Below, one piece after another: positions 1 through 7,967 of a stretch of 64,000 bases of DNA. Each line of letters begins with the position of its first letter. The stretch's first letter is position 1. Source of the DNA: Squalus acanthias (taxonomy: Eukaryota); contig CM059431.1 of the NCBI GenBank assembly GCA_030390025.1, forward strand, positions 126,978,001 through 127,042,000. Direction: 5' to 3'. Under the pieces are notes generated by a model, which saw only the letters and a program-made list of their open reading frames with translations, was not told where the DNA came from and made no database searches. The position numbers were made by a program, and so were the translations under genes.

Positions 1-539
1 GATCTCCTGACCAACACGTGGGTGCTGCGGTGAAAAACATCCGATCAGCTATTCGGGATTTCTCCGAGTTATTACGAGTGGTGAGCATGAGTCTCGGGAT
101 CCTACGAAGCTAGTTTTAGGATAGTTATTGATAGGGGAGGGTTTAAAGTTTAAGGATATTTGTAATGTGTGCCCTATTTACGTTGTGCTGGTCGTTCCTC
201 GTTTCCCTAAGAGTGATTATAACTGTTTGTAAGATTGTACTGTCATTAATCTGTGCATATGACATGTATTTCATAATTTTAAGTATCATGCAATAAAGAT
301 TTTCCATTTCGTACCGTTCAAACCAAGTCTACATGAGTTTTATCTCCATTACTGCTCTCGCATCTAAGTCCAGTGTCTAGAACCGTAAGGGAGAGTGATT
401 CGAACCACTCACAGGGGTGTCTAGTGTTCCCAGACTGGCTGGAGACCAGGCCTAGACCCGCACTGACATACAGGCTGCACAGAGCCGCGTGAATCTCACA
501 GGCTACGAGACACGCAGGGTCAGGAGAGTATCCCTTACA
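1..539 (+). repeat. 5' LTR (3' part only)
   Basis: Identical by eye to 7671-8209; ends ...CCCTTACA; AATAAA at 292-297. Confidence 0.95.
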
Positions 540-543
540 GAAA

Positions 544-2355
544 ATGGCGACCGCGGCAGGACACTGGCAGCGAGAGGGTAGTGTGTTAGATTTTGGAATG
601 ACTGTACGAAATGTGATGCAGGAAAAGATAGCGGATTACGTATTTGGAAAGGTTAATCTAACGAAAAAGTGGATAAGCGAATTGTTAGCGGATAAGAGCC
701 CACTAGAGGCAGCTGAAAGGTGGACGGATAGTAAGGAGCATAAAAAAGCAGTTGAGAAAGCAGTCTGGCTTATGTGCTACAAAAGGCAGGTTCAGATTTC
801 AAACCAGACCAATACAGCGCTAACCGCTCGAATCAAGCAGTTAGAGGAGGAAATGGAGGAGAAGGTTTCTGGAGGGGAGGCGCTCATTAAGAGTTTAAAT
901 GAGTTACGCCAGGAAAGCCAGGAAGTCTCCAGTTACCTTAAAACAAGGGTAGAGTATCTCGAGTGCCAGATCACTGAAGCAAAATTAAACGAGAGTAGGA
1001 TGAAGGAAAGATGTAACCGTCAAGCTGCCCAGATAAGAACTCAAGAAGAGAGCTTAATGGGGGTTAGGTCGGCGTATAAGTTGGCCCTTGAGGATAAGTT
1101 TCAGGGAGCCGACCATAGCGCCTGCGAAAAAGAGATAGAGAGCCTCAAAAAGGCCGTGAATAATGCGAACGGCATGGTGTGCCTTATTAATCCGTCGGCA
1201 CGCCAGCCGCTAGTAAATGAGAGATTTAGAAATTCCCCACCAAGTAAAGCAGAAGAAGTAGTAGCCAGTGCGCCCTCCGCGCCACCCAGCTATTCAGAAA
1301 CCTGGGTTAGGGAGGAAGCAACGGAAGAAGCAAAAGAGCCCGTTGAAAAGGAGGTAGAAAAGGGATCGTTGTATCCAGTAACGGGGATTAAAAGGGGCCC
1401 AAGCAGAAACGGTGGGGAAGAACCGGGGGATCTCCTCGGACAGCTGGTGTTGCCTCACAGTTCACATCAGCTGAGGGCCATGATAAACCACGTAAGGAAG
1501 CTGACCGAGATAGACGACCCTTCCGTACATTTTAGGGAAGTTGAGCAAGCCGCAGCCATCAACGGCTGCGATGATGGGGAGACAGCAAAAATGCTGCTGT
1601 TCTCTTTAGATAGCTCGGTCCTTCAGTGTCTCTCAGGCGATAGCAAGAGGGGTAATAAAAGTTATGAGGAATTGAAAAATGAGGTCCTAGAAGTAGTGGG
1701 AGCGAACGACGGAGGTCCGTTTGCTAGAGTGGGACAGACAGTGCAGATGGAGGGAGAACCCCCGAAGGTTTTTGCCGACAGGCTGTGGCCAGTATATGAG
1801 CGCAGCTGTCTAGGTGCGCCCGAGCGCGAAGATGTGGAAGGCGCCGCTTTAATTCATTGGCTTAGGTGCATAATAGCCAACAGTTTACCAGCCGTTAGAG
1901 AGCAGGCAAAAGCCTGGTTCGATCCCAATGACCTCAACCTTACGGAAGAGTCGGTCTTGAATCGACTCACGTTAGGTTACCGTAACATAAGGGGTATGGC
2001 AACACGTCCCTTTAAGGGAAGAGTACATGAGGTACGACCCGCAGCCCCGACTCAAAGAGAGTGGCATCAGGAGGGTAATCGCGCCCCACAGGCAAGTAAT
2101 GCCTGTTACGGGTGTGGGAAGACAGGGCACTGGCGCAAGCACTGCAGGAACCCTTGGAAGGATTCCAAGGATAAAAATCCCGCGGTCCGAACCCAGGCGC
2201 CTGTCCCGGCTAAGGAAGCAAAGGCACCCACCTCTCCCGAAGACCTCGAGGCAGTGTTAGGAGTCATGCGCAAGATGGTTTTGAATGCGCGTGGACAGGT
2301 GGCGGTCGCAACCGGCCCCGTAGGTGCCGCAGGACCGTCTAATAGTGCCCCATGA
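544..2355 (+). CDS. gag: Gag polyprotein, 603 aa (alternative start ATG at 598)
   Basis: Intact ORF with a long N-terminal coiled coil, PSAPPSY late motif (1273-1293), capsid-like region (DDPSVHFREVEQAA..., MHR-like QMEGEPPKVFADRL) and a single CCHC knuckle CYGCGKTGHWRKHC (2104-2145). Confidence 0.92.
   Translation: MATAAGHWQREGSVLDFGMTVRNVMQEKIADYVFGKVNLTKKWISELLADKSPLEAAERWTDSKEHKKAVEKAVWLMCYKRQVQISNQTNTALTARIKQLEEEMEEKVSGGEALIKSLNELRQESQEVSSYLKTRVEYLECQITEAKLNESRMKERCNRQAAQIRTQEESLMGVRSAYKLALEDKFQGADHSACEKEIESLKKAVNNANGMVCLINPSARQPLVNERFRNSPPSKAEEVVASAPSAPPSYSETWVREEATEEAKEPVEKEVEKGSLYPVTGIKRGPSRNGGEEPGDLLGQLVLPHSSHQLRAMINHVRKLTEIDDPSVHFREVEQAAAINGCDDGETAKMLLFSLDSSVLQCLSGDSKRGNKSYEELKNEVLEVVGANDGGPFARVGQTVQMEGEPPKVFADRLWPVYERSCLGAPEREDVEGAALIHWLRCIIANSLPAVREQAKAWFDPNDLNLTEESVLNRLTLGYRNIRGMATRPFKGRVHEVRPAAPTQREWHQEGNRAPQASNACYGCGKTGHWRKHCRNPWKDSKDKNPAVRTQAPVPAKEAKAPTSPEDLEAVLGVMRKMVLNARGQVAVATGPVGAAGPSNSAP
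545..562 (+). promoter_or_regulatory. Primer binding site for tRNA-Arg(UCG)
   Basis: TGGCGACCGCGGCAGGAC, 5 nt after the LTR end, is the reverse complement of GTCCTGCCGCGGTCG+CCA, the 3' end of vertebrate tRNA-Arg-TCG as recalled (not database-checked). Confidence 0.85.
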
Positions 2356-2359
2356 CTAG
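2353..2359 (+). promoter_or_regulatory. Putative stop-codon readthrough signal UGA-CUAG
   Basis: The gag stop reads TGA CTA G, and the downstream frame stays open in phase to 3516. Confidence 0.7.
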
Positions 2360-3516
2360 AGCCCACGCAGCCTGCCTACCTGTGTCCTTTTAAAAGACAC
2401 GCACAGGAGGGGGTCTGCGGTGAGGAGGCCAGGTTAAAAGAGCAGGCCTTGCGGGAGGAGAACACCCGCTTAATAGGGAGAATAGATGGGCTGGAAGGGC
2501 AGCTTAGAGAGCAGACCCTACGGGAGGAGAACGCCCGATCAATGGGAAAGTTAGACGTGCTCAGGCTAGAAGAGCAGCTTAGAGAGATAAAAGCAGCCTA
2601 CAGGGTAGCCAAAAGCAGGGAGTATGAGTATTTAAAACAGGATAGAAATCTGCAGCCTCCAGCAGGTGAGATTTCACAGAAACAAGCAGGGGCGGTGGCC
2701 TGTCTTAAGGGAGGGGCCAGACCTGCGAGTGGGGAAGCACAGCCCCAGGTAGGACCACAAGGCACACAGGCAGGCGTAGCAGCTTGCATCAGGGGAAGGG
2801 ACATCCCGGACGATCATGCAGCGTTTTTCTGGAGTTGGGGGTTAGATGACGAGGACCCCAGGGTACCCTGGTCAGATGAGGATAGTGCAGATGAGCATAG
2901 TGATGATGACGGGTGGTTTCAGAGGAACGGTCTGGAAGGATTGGGGCCGCTAGGTAGAGATCCATACGGGGTGGACACACAAGCTGCAGGTCCCGACAGC
3001 AGGAGGAAGGAGCTAGAGGAGGCCGGGCCAGCCGCTATGTGGTTCCCAGAGGTGTGGCCGCCCGCTTTGAACGTCCAGTCCTCAGGGGAGGCAGAGTTCA
3101 CGAGTGAAGGGCCGCCTGCTGGGCCGAGCAGGGCGGGGCCCCGAACTACCAGCCCCGAGGTTAGGGAGGCGGAGTCAGCGGAGGCGGGGCTGGCGCCTGT
3201 GATGGAACCCCAGGTCATCCCGTTGAAGGTCTCGGGACCCGGTCCGTCCGTCACGGAGCCCCCGCCCATAGCAATTCCCCGTAGGTCAAGCAGAGTACCC
3301 CAGCCCAGGAAGATGTGGTCAGGTCCACAGGCTGCCCCAGGGCGTAAGTTTCAGGTTAAGATAACCCGGGTAGAGACAGGCCACATCGAAGCAGTAACAG
3401 GCTGCGGCAGATCAGAGGCAAGGGTCAGCGCAGCAACAGGCTGCGGCAGATCAGAGGGAAGGGTCAGTGCCCTCCCACCGTCGGGAAGAGCTCGCAGCAG
3501 CCTTCTCAGGATTTAA
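2356..3516 (+). CDS. orfX: 386-codon non-enzymatic ORF in the pol position, in frame with gag (predicted 990-aa Gag-X readthrough product)
   Basis: No stop from 2356 to TAA 3514-3516, and no ATG before 2541 (the track's start at 2449 is TTG). Coiled-coil N-part, acidic/Trp patch, Pro-rich low-complexity C-part; no PR/RT/IN motifs. Confidence 0.7.
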   Translation, partial: LEPTQPAYLCPFKRHAQEGVCGEEARLKEQALREENTRLIGRIDGLEGQLREQTLREENARSMGKLDVLRLEEQLREIKAAYRVAKSREYEYLKQDRNLQPPAGEISQKQAGAVACLKGGARPASGEAQPQVGPQGTQAGVAACIRGRDIPDDHAAFFWSWGLDDEDPRVPWSDEDSADEHSDDDGWFQRNGLEGLGPLGRDPYGVDTQAAGPDSRRKELEEAGPAAMWFPEVWPPALNVQSSGEAEFTSEGPPAGPSRAGPRTTSPEVREAESAEAGLAPVMEPQVIPLKVSGPGPSVTEPPPIAIPRRSSRVPQPRKMWSGPQAAPGRKFQVKITRVETGHIEAVTGCGRSEARVSAATGCGRSEGRVSALPPSGRARSSLLRI

Positions 3517-3767
3517 AGGGGCCGCCCTGAGAACGGGCGGCATTGTAAAGTTATTAGTTTAAGGTTTTAAGTTTTAGTTTAAAGTTTTAAGTGGTTTTAA
3601 TAAGGTTAAGTTTGTAGTGTTTGTAACAGAAAACGATAAAATGATGGGAGTTTTAAGGCTAGGTTTAGAGGAAGTCTATTTAGCAAACGTTGAAGTTTAC
3701 GTGAGGCGAGGTCAGGGGACCCGCTCACCCTTCACAAAAGCCAGAGACTTTTTGCGAGGCTGGCTAC

Positions 3768-3787
3768 CTCATTCTATCTGATCACAG
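3768..3787 (+). promoter_or_regulatory. Candidate env splice acceptor
   Basis: Pyrimidine-rich CTCATTCTATCTGATCACAG ends 13 nt before the env ATG at 3801. Confidence 0.5.
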
Positions 3788-3800
3788 GAACCAAGGAAGG

Positions 3801-6152
3801 ATGGAACGACTCATAGTATTGCTCGCGGCAATCGGATGTGGATTGGCCTATCGGGGCCTCACCAAGGATGTCGTGGTGTTTGGATGTTCCGGGGACACGG
3901 CCCCCATCGCGGTGGATGGGACCGGGAGACGGAAGGCAGAAGGGACCAGCACCTATTTCCACAAGGGAAGGTGGCCAGGATGGCTGGGAACGAACTCAAC
4001 GGAGTATTCCAGCACATCGGGGTTCGCCTACAAAGAGACTTCTTTAATGTGCCCCAAAGTACGGATCATCGCACCCAGGATCAGCGTCACCGTCGGCAAA
4101 CGGATTTGTTTGACCTGCAGTGGGAATGTCCCATTGAGCCGATGGTGGTGGCTGCGAAAGCTGAGCAAAACTATGAGGAACTCTTCGGTTGAGTGGGAGC
4201 GACTGGGTAATAATACCCATCGGACAATTACGGGGACAAACGGACAAGTGAAAGTCTGTTGGGACAAATGGTGGGAACCGGATGAGGGGATTTATGTTTG
4301 TATGTGGGGGTCAAAGTACGTTTGCCCCAAAGGCATCTCCATATTCTTTATTAACCAGTGGCAGGATAACGGACAGGGGATGAGGTGGGATGCGAGCACC
4401 AGGGGGTGCGGAGCCCCATACTCTCCGATCCCAGTAAATGCCACTGAGCTCATTACGCGCCCACGCAAAGCCCCGCCCACGATTCCGGTGGTTGTAACTG
4501 AGGAAGAAGGGTGCCCTAAAACTAGTAAGGGACCCGGGAACGGTTTGGTACTGGTCCCCACAGACCAGATACTATTTCAGGGAGTGCATTACGCGGTGGC
4601 CTCGGTGATTTTAAATCTCACTGAGGTACGGTTACCAGAGTGGTGCCCCAAAAAGACGGAACAGTTGTACCAGGTCCTGTTGACCAAGATGTTCAGGCAA
4701 TTTTACGAGTTTGATTTTGCAGAAATTGATAAGACAAGTTTGTACACCGCACCGCAGGAAGTTTTGGACCAAGTAGGGAGGCAAAGAAGGGGTTTGGTGA
4801 ACGATGCGTTCACTGCTTTTAACACAGGGACATCTGTGGTCAACGCTCTAGACAGTGTGGAGCTGCAGACCCAGATTAATGGTTTAAAAACACAGTTAAA
4901 GGATATTCTCACAGATGAGAATAAAGTGGTAGGGTCGGGTCTGCACGAGGACCAAGCCATGACACTACACTTAAAGGAAATCATAGCAGAGCTGGAGAAA
5001 CATGCGCGTACGGTAAATGCCCTGATTAGGGAAGATCGGAATGCATCCGATCAGGCTGCGCAGAACGAGGTGTGCGTGCTTTACGGGGCGTGGTTACTGG
5101 GCGAGGGCCGCAGTAATTTGGAGGATTTAAAACAAGGTTTGGTCCCGTCCTGGATAAGTAACAAACACCTGCGGGCGCTCCACCCTTTTCAGAACGCATT
5201 AAGTCCGTGCCAGCTCAGGCTAGCTTCAGAAGCTTACCCAGTCCCCGTGGACTGCGGACGTTCAAACCATACTATTATGGGAATAGTATTACGCATGCCG
5301 GTTTTGGGCAACACAGCAAAGCCCGCCCCGGTGTATCGGGTAGAGAACATTGGTGTCATTCAGGGGGGAGCCCACATTCGTTATGCAGCGGTTCCACCTT
5401 ACGTCATCCGCTGGGAGCAAACGATGACAGGTACAGATCTCTCTGGTTGTCGTGGCAGGGGAGCACACATAATACTGTGCCCCCAGCACTTGAATGCCTT
5501 TTTAACACCACAGTGCGGGTTCAGAACGGCTGGCGCCAAGTCCATGAATTGCACCATGGAGGCAATGGCACAAGATCATGTGCCTCCGCAGGTAGCATAC
5601 ATCGGGGGTGGAACATACTGTGTTACCACTGCAGCGCAACACCACCAGCATGGAAACCGTAGCCGGTGTCCGGTGAGTGACAGCAGTTTCTGTTTTAAAC
5701 CCAGGGCTGAAGTTCAAGTAGCACAACAGCGAATTATCCCAATCCCTGAACCATCCACTGTTCATCTCACAGTAAAAGAGAATTTTACCGACTTGCAGCG
5801 ATTTGTCGCACATTTTGGGTACCTCATTCCCCCTCTCCCTGAGCATTTAACCAAACTTCTGAAAGCCGTCGCGGTGTCACAAAAGCATTTTTATACATTA
5901 GAACAGAAAACCGTCGAGATAGGTACAGACATTTTGGACATAGTGGTTCCACCGTGGTGGAATCTGTTCACGAATATTGAAGTGCCCTCATGGGTCAGAA
6001 TAGCCTCCCACATTTTAGTCGTCTGTCAAGTGTTTATTGTAGTATACCTATTGTTCATACATTGTAAAAGAGACAAACGCCTCACCAAGCATGAGAACAC
6101 GGGAGAGTGGCGAGAACGTTACGTGCGCGTGCACGATGAGAGCGCAGTGTAA
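3801..6152 (+). CDS. env: Env-like class I fusion glycoprotein, 783 aa, with N-terminal Ig-like domain (F-protein-like layout)
   Basis: Signal peptide MERLIVLLAAIGCGLA; Ig motif C106...W...DEGIYVC167; furin site RQRR (aa 327-330) then fusion-peptide-like GLVNDAFTAFNTGTSVVNAL and a heptad repeat; Cys-rich ectodomain with N-glycan sequons; TM IASHILVVCQVFIVVYLLFIHC; short tail. Confidence 0.88.
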   Translation: MERLIVLLAAIGCGLAYRGLTKDVVVFGCSGDTAPIAVDGTGRRKAEGTSTYFHKGRWPGWLGTNSTEYSSTSGFAYKETSLMCPKVRIIAPRISVTVGKRICLTCSGNVPLSRWWWLRKLSKTMRNSSVEWERLGNNTHRTITGTNGQVKVCWDKWWEPDEGIYVCMWGSKYVCPKGISIFFINQWQDNGQGMRWDASTRGCGAPYSPIPVNATELITRPRKAPPTIPVVVTEEEGCPKTSKGPGNGLVLVPTDQILFQGVHYAVASVILNLTEVRLPEWCPKKTEQLYQVLLTKMFRQFYEFDFAEIDKTSLYTAPQEVLDQVGRQRRGLVNDAFTAFNTGTSVVNALDSVELQTQINGLKTQLKDILTDENKVVGSGLHEDQAMTLHLKEIIAELEKHARTVNALIREDRNASDQAAQNEVCVLYGAWLLGEGRSNLEDLKQGLVPSWISNKHLRALHPFQNALSPCQLRLASEAYPVPVDCGRSNHTIMGIVLRMPVLGNTAKPAPVYRVENIGVIQGGAHIRYAAVPPYVIRWEQTMTGTDLSGCRGRGAHIILCPQHLNAFLTPQCGFRTAGAKSMNCTMEAMAQDHVPPQVAYIGGGTYCVTTAAQHHQHGNRSRCPVSDSSFCFKPRAEVQVAQQRIIPIPEPSTVHLTVKENFTDLQRFVAHFGYLIPPLPEHLTKLLKAVAVSQKHFYTLEQKTVEIGTDILDIVVPPWWNLFTNIEVPSWVRIASHILVVCQVFIVVYLLFIHCKRDKRLTKHENTGEWRERYVRVHDESAV

Positions 6153-6563
6153 TGGGAAAATGGCGTCACTCCCGCTCGCCACGTGCGCCGCGGAAGTTTG
6201 TACTCATTGTAAATACGTTGGAAACTCGATATGTTTAAGAGTCGGGATTTGTTTATTTTGGTGATGGTGTTGATTGTTTGGTTTTTGGGTTTTGTTTTTC
6301 CTTCCCTTGAATAAAAGACAAATATACAGGTGATGCGTGAGGTATCGGCCTGGTTACGCCGGGAAGGAAAACAAGTGGTGTAAGTTTAAGGGCAAATGAT
6401 GCCTACGGTGATATAAAATGTTATTTTCTTGGGAAATAAGGACGACACAGAGACCTAGTGAAGTTAAAATTTTATGGGATTAATTTACTGGATTCGGAGT
6501 GAAATCGAGATAAGATTGCTCACCACTGAGATTTTTGATACGATAAGCGGAGTTATTCGCATC

Positions 6564-6575
6564 AACAGGAGGGAC
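6564..6575 (+). promoter_or_regulatory. Polypurine tract
   Basis: AACAGGAGGGAC immediately precedes the TG start of the 3' LTR. Confidence 0.7.
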
Positions 6576-7141
6576 TGTAGAATTCGCAATTATCGCGATT
6601 TCATTTTTTAATAAGGAGAAAACACAAAGTTTCGTTCAAAACAGCTTTTATTTCAGCGAAATGCTGTCAGGTTTAAATTGGACACAAGCAGCCGGTAAAA
6701 TGGCCGCCGCACCGCGTGACAGAACATTCTAGACTTTTCAGCAGGCAGACAAGATGGCGTTCCAATAAACATTCTTGCAGGATCGATAACGATTCAGCAC
6801 AGTGAAGACAATACACAGGACATTATGGGTTTACAGTATAAACATCGATACTGGAATCGGTCTCCCAGGTACAAAGGAAAGCCATCAAGGGCCCATCCAA
6901 AGGACATTAATATGTAAACTCCCAACGGCTCTACAATGAGAGAGCCGTTAGCAGGTAGTTATACAGGACACTTGGAAGCCCCAAACCCCTCCAGGGGGAA
7001 CACCGACCGATTTAACAATGGGAGAAATATTAACAGGTACTCAAACATTCAGGAGTAGCCCCGAAACCCATTAAGGACAGAGATCACCCATACAGGACTT
7101 TTGGGCGCCAAACCTTAAACAAAAGAATGGACATTGTAGTT

Positions 7142-7173
7142 GGGCGGGAAACGGAAGAACTGTGCACTATAAT
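7142..7173 (+). promoter_or_regulatory. Candidate LTR core promoter (GC box + TATA-like)
   Basis: GGGCGG at 7142-7147 and TATAAT at 7168-7173; CTATAA is kept at the same position in both solo LTRs. Confidence 0.5.
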
Positions 7174-7365
7174 TGCAGGCCCAAACCGTCCATTCGCTCT
7201 CTGGCCTCTTGCTCTTTTGCTCTTGACTCTTGTCGCTTGCTGCTGTTATCATCGTGGCTGCTCCTGTGTTTTATCCGGTCGATTCGTAACCTCGTGGCTG
7301 CTCCTGGGTAAAAGACTGTTGCAAAGACCTATGTTGGTAGCTGGCAGCGGAACCGAAGGCCCGGG

Positions 7366-7395
7366 ATGAGATGAGATGAGATGAGATGAGATGAG
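7366..7395 (+). repeat. (ATGAG)6 microsatellite inside the LTR
   Basis: Seen directly; shorter related runs occur at the same place in both solo LTRs. Confidence 0.9.
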
Positions 7396-7961
7396 AGGAG
7401 AAGAGAAGAAGACCTTATCCATCGCCACGGTCAGTAAATCCCGACCGCGCCTGTAGGTCGATCAGCCAAGTCTTCTCGACAGGAAGTTTTCTTCTTTAAC
7501 AAGACATATTGCATCAATGATAACTGGACTGTGCAAACACATCGTATCAGTGATATTGGCAACGGTGCTCCACGATTTAACTTTGAAGCCCACCAACAGA
7601 GGTCTTCACTACAGCGGACGGTCCAGCCGACTGACCGAGCAGCAGAAGCAGTAAACAAGTGGGACCAGGAGATCTCCTGACCAACACGTGGGTGCTGCGG
7701 TGAAAAACATCCGATCAGCTATTCGGGATTTCTCCGAGTTATTACGAGTGGTGAGCATGAGTCTCGGGATCCTACGAAGCTAGTTTTAGGATAGTTATTG
7801 ATAGGGGAGGGTTTAAAGTTTAAGGATATTTGTAATGTGTGCCCTATTTACGTTGTGCTGGTCGTTCCTCGTTTCCCTAAGAGTGATTATAACTGTTTGT
7901 AAGATTGTACTGTCATTAATCTGTGCATATGACATGTATTTCATAATTTTAAGTATCATGC

Positions 7962-7967
7962 AATAAA
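7962..7967 (+). terminator. LTR polyadenylation signal
   Basis: AATAAA, conserved (as TTTATT on +) in both minus-strand solo LTRs. Confidence 0.7.

Noticed and set aside
340..430. Twister/HDV/hammerhead ribozyme in the LTR U5
   Set aside because: The block is conserved and can pair, but the catalytic consensus of these ribozyme classes could not be matched by eye.
2449..3516. orfX as a diverged pol/protease, or as an independent TTG-initiated gene
   Set aside because: There is no DTG/DSG, YxDD or HHCC/DDE motif, and the frame is open back to the gag stop, so readthrough explains it better than a TTG start.
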